From Flavobacterium sp. (lineage in GTDB: Bacteria; Bacteroidota; Bacteroidia; Flavobacteriales; Flavobacteriaceae): DNA of 64,000 bases. The stretch's first letter is position 1. Every line of letters starts with the position of its first letter. The stretch lies in NCBI RefSeq assembly GCF_047602195.1, contig NZ_JASGHW010000003.1, forward strand, positions 167,173 to 231,172, in the 5' to 3' direction. Shown one piece after another: positions 11,837 through 21,016 of this stretch. The notes beneath the pieces were generated by a model, which saw nothing but the letters and a program-made list of their open reading frames with translations, ran no database searches and was not told the DNA's origin. The position numbers were made by a program, and so were the translations under genes.

Positions 11837-11865
11837 GTCTTGTCTTTTTTTGAAAGTGAGGCAAA

Positions 11866-11899
11866 TAAAAAAGCCTTCCGTTTCGGGAAGGCTTTTTTG
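11866..11899. terminator. Bidirectional terminator between convergent genes
   Basis: The stem AGCCTTCC/GGAAGGCT is flanked by A6 on the left and T6 on the right. Confidence 0.65.
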
Positions 11900-11911
11900 A
11901 TATGTTGAAAA

Positions 11912-12133
11912 TTACGCTTTTTTGGCGCGTCTGTTTCTGTAATAGGTATGAGCTGCATAAAGCAAAGCGACAACCAACAACCAGATCAGCTTGCTGTTGA
12001 TTGGTGTTGCCGGCGGATCATCGTCCTCCAATCCTCCATCGTCATCATCGTCACCAGGGCCTTGGGCAAACATGATAAAATCAGACAAAATAAAGAAACT
12101 GAGCAGATATAATTTGAATAAATTTTGTTTCAT
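11912..12133 (-). CDS. 73-aa secreted or anchored mini-protein. It consists of a signal peptide, an acidic Asp/Gly stretch, a PATPIN motif, a C-terminal TM helix and a basic tail.
   Basis: The start is the ATG at 12133 (MKQNLFKLYLLSFFILSDFIMFAQG). The mature part is PGDDDDDGGLEDDDPPATPINSKLIWLLVVALLYAAHTYYRNRRAKKA. A bidirectional terminator lies downstream. Confidence 0.5.
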   Translation of the reverse strand: MKQNLFKLYLLSFFILSDFIMFAQGPGDDDDDGGLEDDDPPATPINSKLIWLLVVALLYAAHTYYRNRRAKKA

Positions 12134-12279
12134 CTTGGGTCGAATTGGGGGTAAAGATAGCAATCATTTTCTAAAATGAAAACAACAATCTCGATTTTTA
12201 CCTAAAAATTACACAAACGCAACTTTTGTAATCAACTGAGAATCGGCTTCCAAAAAATAAAAATACGCAAAATGCGAAT

Positions 12280-13869
12280 TTAATCAAACTCAGAGGTAAA
12301 AAATAATTTTACGCTCGGATATTTGCTCTGTGTCATCTGGATTGTAAAGTCGGAATCGGCCAAAAATACGAGCTGTCCGTACTTGTCCGTGGCCAAAAAC
12401 TTCTGCTTGATGCGCTTGAATTCCTTGAATTCTTCATTCTTTGGATCATCGGGTTTGACCCAACAAGCCTTGTGCACAGGGAAATTTTCATAGGTACATT
12501 TGGCGCCGTATTCGTGCTCCAATCGGTATTGGATGACTTCGTACTGCAGCGCGCCCACGGTTCCGATGACCTTTCGGTTGTTCATTTCCAAGGTAAACAA
12601 CTGCGCCACACCTTCGTCCATCAATTGGTCGATGCCTTTGTCGAGCTGCTTGGCCTTCATCGGGTCGGCGTTGTTGATGTAACGGAAATGCTCGGGCGAG
12701 AAGCTCGGGATTCCCTTGAAATTCATCTGTTCGCCTTCGGTCAAGGTGTCGCCGATCTTGAAGTTTCCGGTATCGTGCAAACCGACGATGTCGCCCGGAT
12801 ACGAAATATCTACGATCTCTTTTTTCTCGGCAAAGAACGCGTTCGGACTCGAGAATTTGAGGTTTTTCCCTTGACGGACATGCAGATACGGTTTGTTTCT
12901 TTCAAAAGTGCCCGACACGATTTTGACGAACGCCAGACGGTCGCGGTGTTTCGGGTCCATGTTCGCGTGGATCTTGAACACGAAGCCCGACATTTTGGTT
13001 TCGTCCGGTTTGACCGTACGCGTATCGGAATCCTTTTCGCGTGGTTCCGGAGCGATTTCGATAAAGCAATCGAGCAATTCGCGTACGCCGAAATTGTTCA
13101 AGGCCGAACCAAAAAATACGGGTTGCAAATGGCCGGCGAGGTATTCGTTTTGGTCGAATTTCGGATAGACTTCATCGATGAGTTCGAGTTCTTCGCGCAA
13201 TTTGTCGGCAGGTTTCTGTCCGATGATTTTTTCGAGTTCGGGACTTTGCACGTCGTCGAACGCAATCGTTTCTTCTATATTTTTTCGGCTGTCCCCGCTG
13301 AACAGGTTGATGTTCTTTTCCCACAGGTTGTAAATCCCTTGGAAATCATAACCCATCCCGATCGGGAAACTCAGCGGTGTGACTTTCAAACCTAATTTTT
13401 GTTCCACTTCATCCATCAAATCGAAGGCGTCTTTTCCTTCGCGGTCGAGCTTGTTGATGAACACAATCATCGGGATGTTGCGCATGCGGCACACCGAAAC
13501 GAGCTTTTCGGTTTGCTCCTCGACCCCTTTCGCCACGTCGATGACCACGATCACACTGTCCACGGCGGTCAAGGTCCTGAAGGTGTCCTCGGCAAAATCC
13601 TTGTGCCCGGGCGTATCAAGAATGTTGATTTTCTTGTCCTTGTAATTGAAGGCCAACACCGAGGTCGATACCGAAATTCCCCTCTGGCGCTCGATTTCCA
13701 TAAAGTCGGAGGTCGCGCCTTTCTTGATCTTGTTGTTCTTGACCGCGCCCGCTTCCTGGATCGCACCTCCAAAGAGGAGCAATTTCTCGGTTAAGGTGGT
13801 CTTTCCGGCATCGGGATGCGAGATGATTCCAAAGGTTCGGCGGCGCTGGATTTCTTTTAAAAAACTCAT
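12280..13869 (-). CDS. prfC: Peptide chain release factor 3 (GTPase)
   Basis: GTPase motifs HPDAGKTT, DTPGH and NKLD are present. From the ATG at 13869 (MSFLKEIQRRRTFGIISHPDAGKTT) the protein is 529 aa. The longer ORF-track start at 13926 is rejected. Confidence 0.95.
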   Translation of the reverse strand: MSFLKEIQRRRTFGIISHPDAGKTTLTEKLLLFGGAIQEAGAVKNNKIKKGATSDFMEIERQRGISVSTSVLAFNYKDKKINILDTPGHKDFAEDTFRTLTAVDSVIVVIDVAKGVEEQTEKLVSVCRMRNIPMIVFINKLDREGKDAFDLMDEVEQKLGLKVTPLSFPIGMGYDFQGIYNLWEKNINLFSGDSRKNIEETIAFDDVQSPELEKIIGQKPADKLREELELIDEVYPKFDQNEYLAGHLQPVFFGSALNNFGVRELLDCFIEIAPEPREKDSDTRTVKPDETKMSGFVFKIHANMDPKHRDRLAFVKIVSGTFERNKPYLHVRQGKNLKFSSPNAFFAEKKEIVDISYPGDIVGLHDTGNFKIGDTLTEGEQMNFKGIPSFSPEHFRYINNADPMKAKQLDKGIDQLMDEGVAQLFTLEMNNRKVIGTVGALQYEVIQYRLEHEYGAKCTYENFPVHKACWVKPDDPKNEEFKEFKRIKQKFLATDKYGQLVFLADSDFTIQMTQSKYPSVKLFFTSEFD

Positions 13870-13888
13870 AATTTCTGTAAATGGACTG

Positions 13889-13896
13889 CAAAAGTA
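13889..13896 (-). promoter_or_regulatory. Bacteroidetes-type -7 promoter box (TAnnTTTG) for prfC
   Basis: The minus strand reads TACTTTTG, 20-27 nt upstream of the ATG at 13869. Confidence 0.45.
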
Positions 13897-13992
13897 GTAC
13901 ATTTTACCTTTATTTCTTTGAACCATTGAGGGATTAAGTTTTATGAAGTGCTGCTTAATTATCTTAATTCCTATAATTGTTTTAAAATTTTC

Positions 13993-14105
13993 AGGAGCTT
14001 ATTCCCGCTTTCCGCTGCAATCTTTTACAAAAAGAAATTGCCCTTCGCTGCGCTTCGGGCAATCTTTTTTGTAAAAGGATTTCCACTTTAATCGGGGCTA
14101 GGGCA
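13993..14105. repeat. Intergenic palindromic repeat element, family 1, copy 1
   Basis: The left end is AGGAGCTTATTCCCGCTTTCCGCTGCAATCTTTTAC. A central hairpin lies between the ends. The right end is GTAAAAGGATTTCCACTTTAATCGGGGCTAG. The termini are shared with 49941-50024. Confidence 0.75.
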
Positions 14106-14266
14106 GTCGTTTCCAAATGAAAATCCGTAAAAAATCCACAATTGAATCCAACGGATGATAAAACCCTATTTTTTACCGTTTTTATAGCCGAAAATGTCGT
14201 AATATTGGGCGCTTATAATTTTTTGTTAATAGTATGGGCTATTCTTGCTTTGTGAGCGTGAATTGT

Positions 14267-14274
14267 TATTTTTG
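14267..14274 (+). promoter_or_regulatory. Candidate -7 box (TAnnTTTG) for the PPIase cluster
   Basis: TATTTTTG lies about 80 nt upstream of the ATG at 14354. Confidence 0.35.
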
Positions 14275-14353
14275 TTGGCTGAATTTTAACCAAGTACAAC
14301 CAAAACGCACTTATATTTTTTCGAATTTTATTAATCAAACTGGAATTAAAATA

Positions 14354-16321
14354 ATGAAAATGAAACAATTGTTGTTCGGATTATTACTCTCTTTTTCGGC
14401 AGTAACTTACGCACAGAATGTCAAAAAGGAAGTATTATTTACAATTGATAACAAACCTTATTATACGGACGAATTCGCCAGGGTTTACAATAAAAACCTT
14501 GACCTTGTAAAGGACGAATCGCAAAAAGACCTCACCCAGTACCTCGAATTGTTCATCGGGTACAAACTCAAAATCAACAAAGCCAATAAACTCGGATTGC
14601 AAAACGGGACGACTTACCAAAATGAGTTGAAGTCCTACCGCACCCAGCTTTCGAAAAACTATGTCACCGATTCCAAGGTGACCAAGGAATTGGTGGACGA
14701 GGCTTACCAACGTTCGCTCAAGGAAGTCAAGGCATCACACATCTTGATTACCGTTGATGAGAATGCCTCGCCCGAGGATACGCTCAAAGCCTACAACAAG
14801 ATCGTCGATTTGCGCAAACGCGTGATGGCAGGCGAGGACTTCGGTAAACTGGCGCAGGAAAATTCGCAGGACCCGTCGGCCAAGGAAAACAAAGGAGATT
14901 TGGGTTATTTCTCATCGTTTAGAATGGTGTATGCTTTCGAATCGGCGGCGTTCAAAACCCCGAAAGGCAAAATCTCGAATCCAATCCGCACCCGTTTTGG
15001 TTACCACATCGTCAAGGTCGACGACGTCCGTGACAACCGTGGCGAAATCCAGGTCGCGCACATCATGATCCTGAACCCGAAACCGGAAGATACCGACAAG
15101 GACAAAGCCAAAAATACCATCAACGAAATCTACAAGAAATTGCAGCAAGGCGAGAAATTCGAAGACCTGGCCAAGCAGTTTTCCGAAGACAAATCGTCGT
15201 CTTCCAAAGGCGGACAGTTGAATCGTTTCGGTTCGGGCCAATTGAGCTCGGAAGAATTCGAGAATGTGGCTTTTTCATTGACCAAAGACAAGCCGGTATC
15301 GCAGCCTTTCCAAACCAAATTCGGATGGCACATCGTCAAGCTGATCGAAAGATTCCCGCTCAAAACTTTCGACGAAATGAAGCCGGAACTCGAGAATAAA
15401 GTAGGCAAGGACGACCGTTCGCGTCTGATCACGAACTCGCTCAACGAAAAACTCAGAAAAAAATACCCAATCAAGAGAAACGAGAAACTGTATGCAGCGG
15501 CTGCCAAGGCCGTGACCGCCGATTTCTACGAAAACAAATGGGATTTGCCCAAAGATACCAAACCATTCGATGGCAAATTGTTCACGATCCAGGACAAAGA
15601 CGTCACCGGAACCGATTTCCTCAAATTCATCGCGACCCAGCAAAAAGCTGGAAGCGGCATCCGCCCGGTGGGTAAAATGGTCGACAAGATGTATGAGAAA
15701 TTCGTAGATGAACAGCTCAACGCTTATTACAACGACCACCTCGAAACCGAATTCCCTGAATTTGCGGCCGTGATGGAAGAATACCGCGACGGTTTGTTGC
15801 TGTTCGATTTGATGGAGAAAGAAATCTGGGAAAAATCGAAAACCGACACGATCGGGCTCAAGAATTTCTACGACACGCGCAAAACCAACTACCAGTGGAA
15901 AAACCGCGCCGATGTGGTGATCATTTCTTCGACCAATGAGAAAATGATCAAGGAAGTGCAAAAAATGCTCAAGAAAGGCAGCACGCCAGACCAGATCAAG
16001 GAAAAGCTCAACACCAAAGACAAAGTCGAGGTAATGACCAATGCCGGAACTTTCGAGGAAGGCAACGACGCTTTGCCCAAAGGACTCCAATTCAAGGAAG
16101 GCATTTCGGAAATCACCAAAGACGGACAGTATTATTTCGTGACCAAAGTCAACAAAGTTTTGCCGGCCGGAATCAAAACACTCGAGGAATGCAAAGGCAA
16201 GTGCATCAACGATTACCAGCAATACCTCGAACAGCGTTGGGTAGATGATCTCAAAACGGAATTTACCGTCAAGACCAATCCCGAAGTTTTCGAAAGGGTC
16301 AAAAAGGAACTCCAAAAATAA
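14354..16321 (+). CDS. Periplasmic peptidyl-prolyl cis-trans isomerase, PpiC/parvulin type with two rotamase domains (SurA/PpiD-like)
   Basis: The signal peptide is MKMKQLLFGLLLSFSAVTYAQ. Two parvulin signatures are present: SHILI...FGYHIVKV and AHIMIL...FGWHIVKL. Confidence 0.85.
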   Translation: MKMKQLLFGLLLSFSAVTYAQNVKKEVLFTIDNKPYYTDEFARVYNKNLDLVKDESQKDLTQYLELFIGYKLKINKANKLGLQNGTTYQNELKSYRTQLSKNYVTDSKVTKELVDEAYQRSLKEVKASHILITVDENASPEDTLKAYNKIVDLRKRVMAGEDFGKLAQENSQDPSAKENKGDLGYFSSFRMVYAFESAAFKTPKGKISNPIRTRFGYHIVKVDDVRDNRGEIQVAHIMILNPKPEDTDKDKAKNTINEIYKKLQQGEKFEDLAKQFSEDKSSSSKGGQLNRFGSGQLSSEEFENVAFSLTKDKPVSQPFQTKFGWHIVKLIERFPLKTFDEMKPELENKVGKDDRSRLITNSLNEKLRKKYPIKRNEKLYAAAAKAVTADFYENKWDLPKDTKPFDGKLFTIQDKDVTGTDFLKFIATQQKAGSGIRPVGKMVDKMYEKFVDEQLNAYYNDHLETEFPEFAAVMEEYRDGLLLFDLMEKEIWEKSKTDTIGLKNFYDTRKTNYQWKNRADVVIISSTNEKMIKEVQKMLKKGSTPDQIKEKLNTKDKVEVMTNAGTFEEGNDALPKGLQFKEGISEITKDGQYYFVTKVNKVLPAGIKTLEECKGKCINDYQQYLEQRWVDDLKTEFTVKTNPEVFERVKKELQK

Positions 16322-17169
16322 TGTCGAAGCTGCCTTATATAGGGTTGTGTCTATTACTGTTTTCCTGTAATTTTTTCAAGCCGGAAGCCAAGCCGCAGGC
16401 GATTGCAAGAGTAAATGACGCCTACCTGTTTAAGGACGACATCAAAAATTTGGTTCCGAAAGGGACTTCGAAAGAAGACAGCATCGCGATCGTCCGTGGT
16501 TTTATCGACCGCTGGGCCTCGCAAAAATTATTGATCAGCAAAGCCGAGGTTAACCTGAGCGATGCGCGCAAGGCCGATTTCGACGACCTGATCAAACAGT
16601 ACAAAATCGATTTGTATACCAAAGCATACCTCGAGGAAATTGTACAACGCTCGGTAGATACGGCGGTTTCGGAAACGGAATTGAAACAGTATTACCAGGC
16701 CAACAAAGAGAATTTTAGGACCAACGGCACCTTGGTCAGGTTGCGTTACATCAACCTGCCCAAAGAGAATCCGAGGTACGAAACCATCAAAAGCAAGTTC
16801 TTCGATTACCGGAAATCGGATCAGAAATTTTGGGATACCTATGCGCTGCAGCTCAAGAGCTTTGCGTTCAACGACTCGATTTGGGTTGAAATGAACCAAG
16901 TGTACAGCAAGCTGCCGTTCATCAATCCCGACAACCGCGACGAATATATTGTTTCGGGCAAGAGCATCCAGAAAGCCGATTCGCTCGATATGTATCTGGT
17001 GAAAATCCGCGCGGTAATCGACAAAAACCAGGTGGCGCCATTTGACTACCTCAAGCCGACGCTCAGGGAAGTGATATTGAACAAAAGGAAGTTAGAATTA
17101 ATTAAGAAATTTGAAAAGGAAATCATTGATGATGCCGTTAAAGACCAGAAGTATGAAATTTATAAATAA
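16321..17169 (+). CDS. Hypothetical lipoprotein of the SurA/PPIase cluster, with SurA-N-like chaperone character
   Basis: The lipobox LLLFSC is present. The start overlaps the upstream stop (ATAATG). The gene sits between two parvulin genes on the same strand. Confidence 0.6.
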   Translation: MSKLPYIGLCLLLFSCNFFKPEAKPQAIARVNDAYLFKDDIKNLVPKGTSKEDSIAIVRGFIDRWASQKLLISKAEVNLSDARKADFDDLIKQYKIDLYTKAYLEEIVQRSVDTAVSETELKQYYQANKENFRTNGTLVRLRYINLPKENPRYETIKSKFFDYRKSDQKFWDTYALQLKSFAFNDSIWVEMNQVYSKLPFINPDNRDEYIVSGKSIQKADSLDMYLVKIRAVIDKNQVAPFDYLKPTLREVILNKRKLELIKKFEKEIIDDAVKDQKYEIYK

Positions 17170-18565
17170 AAAAATGGCGTTTGCCCTTTGCCTTTTAATG
17201 TTGGCCACCACTTTCGTCCAGGCGCAGGAAATCATCAAGGATTCGGTTGCGGCCAAGCCTGAGAAAATGACGACGAGCCACAAGCGCCAAAAGATAGATG
17301 GAGTCATCGCCACGGTCGGTGATTACAATGTACTCGATTCGGATATCGACAAATCCTTTTTGGAAATGAGCAGCCAAGGCACTTCGATTGCCGGTATTTC
17401 GCGTTGCCAGATGCTCGGCAAATTGCTCGAAGACCGATTGTATGCGCACCAGGCCGTACAGGACAGTATCATCGTAACCGATGATGAGGTCAAGGGTAAA
17501 ATGGAAGAGCAGATCAGTTATATGGTCGAGCAAATCGGTTCGATGGAGAAGGTCATCAAGTATTTCAAGAAATCCAATGAGGAAGATTTCCGTACCGATT
17601 TGTTTGAAATCATCAAGATGAACCGACTCACCTCCGAGATGCAAAAGAAAATTGTCGACGGGGTCGAAATCACCCCAGAGGAAGTCCGCAATTTCTTCAA
17701 GAAAATTCCACAAAACGAACTCCCGGTTTTCGGGGCCGAAATGGAAGTGGCCCAAATCGTCATCGAACCCAAGATCACCGATGTCGAAAGACAAAAAGTA
17801 ATCGACCGCCTCAAGGAGTTCAAAAAAGAAGTACAGCAGGGATCGAGCTTTGCCACCAAGGCGGTTCTGTATTCCGAAGATCCGGGCTCGAGGGTCAATG
17901 GCGGGTTTTACAAAATGAACCGCAAAACCCCATTCGTCAAAGAATTCAAGGATGTCGCGTTCAGTCTGGCGGAAGGCGAGATTTCCGAACCGTTTGAAAC
18001 CACTTTCGGTTACCACATCATTTATGTAGAAAAAATCCGTGGACAGGAAGTGGATTTGCGCCACATCCTGTTGATTCCACAGGTGTCCGACCAATCGCTC
18101 AAGGATGCCAAGGCCAAGGCCGAGCAAATCCGCACCCGCATCATCAACAAGGAAATTTCGTTTGCCGATGCCGCACGTGCCGAATCGGATGAGAAGGAGA
18201 CCCGCAACAACGGTGGTTTGCTCGTCAATCCAAAAACACAGGATACGCATTTCGAATTGACCAAAATGGATCCGACCTTGTACTCGCAGGTTTCCAACCT
18301 CAAGGAAGGCGAAGTTTCGGTGCCGCAAATCGATGTGGACCAGGCCGGAAGAAAAAAATACAAACTCGTTACGGTAACCAACCGAATCGAACAGCACACC
18401 GCTGATTATTCCAAAGATTACATCAAGATCAAGGACCTCGCGCTCAAGGAAAAACAGTTCAACGCCATCGGCAAATGGTTTGATGAGAAAATCAAGGAAA
18501 CCTACATCCAGATCAACGGCGAATACAAGAATTGCGAATTCACGAACAACTGGCTTAAGAAATAA
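17153..18565 (+). CDS. Peptidyl-prolyl cis-trans isomerase, SurA-like
   Basis: The signal peptide is MKFINKKMAFALCLLMLATTFVQAQ, and the alternative ATG at 17174 is also possible. The parvulin signature RHILL...FGYHIIYVE and a SurA N-terminal-like region are present. Confidence 0.8.
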   Translation: MKFINKKMAFALCLLMLATTFVQAQEIIKDSVAAKPEKMTTSHKRQKIDGVIATVGDYNVLDSDIDKSFLEMSSQGTSIAGISRCQMLGKLLEDRLYAHQAVQDSIIVTDDEVKGKMEEQISYMVEQIGSMEKVIKYFKKSNEEDFRTDLFEIIKMNRLTSEMQKKIVDGVEITPEEVRNFFKKIPQNELPVFGAEMEVAQIVIEPKITDVERQKVIDRLKEFKKEVQQGSSFATKAVLYSEDPGSRVNGGFYKMNRKTPFVKEFKDVAFSLAEGEISEPFETTFGYHIIYVEKIRGQEVDLRHILLIPQVSDQSLKDAKAKAEQIRTRIINKEISFADAARAESDEKETRNNGGLLVNPKTQDTHFELTKMDPTLYSQVSNLKEGEVSVPQIDVDQAGRKKYKLVTVTNRIEQHTADYSKDYIKIKDLALKEKQFNAIGKWFDEKIKETYIQINGEYKNCEFTNNWLKK

Positions 18566-18635
18566 TTTCAGATTTATGATTTCAGATTTTAGAATTGCTA
18601 AATCTGAAATCTAAAATCCAAAAATCTAAAATCGA
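18566..18635. repeat. Heptamer-based (TTTCAGA)n palindromic element between surA-like and moxR
   Basis: A perfect 12-bp stem GATTTCAGATTT (18578-18589) / AAATCTGAAATC (18600-18611) is flanked by imperfect extensions. Confidence 0.8.
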
Positions 18636-18639
18636 CAAC

Positions 18640-19593
18640 ATGTCTGACGTAGCTGCAATACAAAACCTGGTTCAAAAAAGGGCCGAACTCAAAAAGGAAA
18701 TCGCCAAAATCATCGTTGGCCAGGAGGAAGTCGTCGACCAGATTTTGCTGAGCATCTTCTCGGGCGGGCACGCACTCTTGGTGGGCGTCCCGGGCTTGGC
18801 GAAAACACTCATGGTCAACACCATTGCACAGGCGCTCGGACTCGATTTCAAACGCATCCAGTTCACCCCCGATTTGATGCCTTCGGATATTTTGGGTAGT
18901 GAAATTCTCGATGAAAGCCGCAACTTCAAATTCATCAAAGGGCCGATTTTTTCGAACATCATCCTGGCCGACGAGATCAACCGTACCCCGCCAAAGACAC
19001 AGGCCGCCTTGCTCGAAGCGATGCAGGAACGCGCCGTGACGATTGCCGGACACAATTACAAACTCGATTTGCCTTACTTTGTTTTGGCGACACAGAACCC
19101 GATCGAACAGGAGGGAACCTATCCGTTGCCTGAAGCCCAGCTCGACCGTTTCATGTTTTCGATCAAGCTCGACTATCCGTCGTTTGCAGAGGAAGTACAG
19201 GTCGTCAAAAGCACGACTTCAGATGACAAGCCAGTCATCAATCCGTTGTTTTCAGCCCAGGAAATCATTGACTTCCAACACCTGATCCGCCGTGTGCCGG
19301 TAGCCGATAATGTAATCGAGTATGCCGTGACTTTGGTCAGCAAGACACGCCCGGAGAACGCCTTGTCGAACGAATACATCAAGAATTATATCGATTGGGG
19401 TGCAGGGCCAAGGGCTTCGCAAAACCTCATTTTGGCAGCCAAGGCCAATGCCGCATTCCATGGCAAATACTCACCGGACATCGAGGATGTCAAGGCGGTC
19501 GCGACCGGAATCCTTCGTCATCGTGTGGTAAAGAACTATAAAGCCGACGCCGAAGGAATCACGATCGAGAAGATCATCACTTCACTTTTCTAG
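18640..19593 (+). CDS. MoxR-family AAA+ ATPase
   Basis: Walker A is GVPGLAKT and Walker B is IILADEINR. The AAA_3/MoxR layout is present. The protein is 317 aa from the ATG at 18640. Confidence 0.9.
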   Translation: MSDVAAIQNLVQKRAELKKEIAKIIVGQEEVVDQILLSIFSGGHALLVGVPGLAKTLMVNTIAQALGLDFKRIQFTPDLMPSDILGSEILDESRNFKFIKGPIFSNIILADEINRTPPKTQAALLEAMQERAVTIAGHNYKLDLPYFVLATQNPIEQEGTYPLPEAQLDRFMFSIKLDYPSFAEEVQVVKSTTSDDKPVINPLFSAQEIIDFQHLIRRVPVADNVIEYAVTLVSKTRPENALSNEYIKNYIDWGAGPRASQNLILAAKANAAFHGKYSPDIEDVKAVATGILRHRVVKNYKADAEGITIEKIITSLF

Positions 19594-19595
19594 GG

Positions 19596-20822
19596 TCAAT
19601 TCACCAGCCATTTTTTCGAAGCCGAAATTTGGCCTTGCTTGAGCGTACACAAATACACGCCTTTGGGTAGGCTGTCGTTTGGGATGTTGAGTCGGTTTTC
19701 ACCTTTGGTTCCATTGACCGTTACCGTTTGGATGATGCGTCCGTGCAAATCATGGATGGTCGCTGTTGCCGGTTCATCCTGCGCGGAGCAAAAAACGATC
19801 TCAGATGCGGTGATTTGGAAATTCCGGATGGAGCAGCTTTTGTTTTCACCGATTCCCAAACCGTCTGCTTCGGTAAAAATTTCGGTCTGCGTCAGATAAC
19901 CGCCCGCATATCCAGCAGAACAAATCAGTTTCCATTCTCCACCCGCCAGTACACTGGCGCTGTTGCCCGTATTCCACGAAGTCGGCTTGGAAGGCAATTG
20001 CGTCCAGGTGTCGGTGTTGGTGTTGTAATGGTAGCATTCCGTAGAATGGGTGTCGAAGGTGTTGTCGGTGCTTCCGCCGGTCATGATAATGCCGTCTTTC
20101 CAGGCATGTGCATTGAAGAAAGTGCGTGTCGAACCCGGAAACGGCGTGCCTTCGCTCCAGGTAATGACGGCACGATCATTCGGGTCGATCGTGCCCACCA
20201 TCACCGTATTGAAATAGTTGGGAGAGAGGAATCCGTCGGTGCCGCACACATAGACCAATTTGTTGTCCTTGACCGCAAATCCACCCCAGGCAAGATCGCC
20301 GCTAGGCAGGATGGGCGTCGCATAACGCCATTGGTTGGTGTGGGTATTGTACAGGAAAGTCAGGCCGGTATAGCCACCGACAACATAAATGAGGCTGTCC
20401 TGATAGGTGACGGCCAATGCATCGGTGAGTCCTTGCGGCAGCATGGCCATCTGGGTCCAGTTGTTCTGGTGGATGCTGTATTTGTAGACGCGGCGGTTCA
20501 AGGTGCCGGGCGTCGTGACCAATCCGCCGATGGTATAAATACTGTCCTTTACGGTGGTCGATGCGGCTCCGAGCCGTCCCGTCGGATGATCGGCCATGTC
20601 GGTCCAGGTATTGGTGCTGATCTGGTAGCGTTGGTTTTTTTTGTTGATCAATCCGGCGGCGTTGCGGCCAGAAATGACAAACATAAATCCATCATCGGCG
20701 GTGGCATATGATGCGGTATTGCCGGCACGGACCGGTTCGGTCATGTCGGTTGCAGTAGTCCAGGTTTGTGCACCGGCCATGAGGGTAAACAATAAAATCG
20801 GAAAAAGTAACGGGTGTTTCAT
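19596..20822 (-). CDS. Kelch-repeat (beta-propeller) protein with a T9SS C-terminal sorting domain
   Basis: The signal peptide is MKHPLLFPILLFTLMAGAQ. Repeated Kelch-like blades of the form Y..GG...W are present. The C-terminal segment GENRLNIPNDSLPKGVYLCTLKQGQISASKKWLVN is a CTD. Confidence 0.75.
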   Translation of the reverse strand: MKHPLLFPILLFTLMAGAQTWTTATDMTEPVRAGNTASYATADDGFMFVISGRNAAGLINKKNQRYQISTNTWTDMADHPTGRLGAASTTVKDSIYTIGGLVTTPGTLNRRVYKYSIHQNNWTQMAMLPQGLTDALAVTYQDSLIYVVGGYTGLTFLYNTHTNQWRYATPILPSGDLAWGGFAVKDNKLVYVCGTDGFLSPNYFNTVMVGTIDPNDRAVITWSEGTPFPGSTRTFFNAHAWKDGIIMTGGSTDNTFDTHSTECYHYNTNTDTWTQLPSKPTSWNTGNSASVLAGGEWKLICSAGYAGGYLTQTEIFTEADGLGIGENKSCSIRNFQITASEIVFCSAQDEPATATIHDLHGRIIQTVTVNGTKGENRLNIPNDSLPKGVYLCTLKQGQISASKKWLVN

Positions 20823-21016
20823 GGTGTTTTTCTTTTGAAATTAGGGTTTAATCAGAAGCAAAATACCTGCTTTGGCCACACATCCAGAATCGGTACACCG
20901 AAAACCAATATTTGGAGATGAATGTTTTCAAGACCGATTTTGGGCAGTTCGTCAACAAAAAACGGTCGTTGGTAGCCAAAGCAAGGACTTGATGCCAAAA
21001 AATGTAACTTTAACCC

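Noticed and set aside
17195-18397. Very long antisense ORFs opposite confirmed genes. Examples are 12472-13395, 15275-16315, 17195-18397, 19728-20711, 20852-21577, 22854-24167, 33994-35322, 40954-41979, 51364-52224 and 31689-32432.
   Set aside because: Each lies entirely within, and antisense to, a gene with strong family motifs. Their translations are low-complexity and rich in R, F, D, V and H, with no recognisable domains. This is typical stop-codon depletion on the antisense strand of genes with this codon usage.
18566-18635. Possible CRISPR array suggested by the repeated TTTCAGA / AAATCTG units here and at 55459-55534.
   Set aside because: The units are 7 nt long and contiguous and form a single palindrome. 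There are no 25-40-nt repeats alternating with unique spacers, and there are no cas genes.
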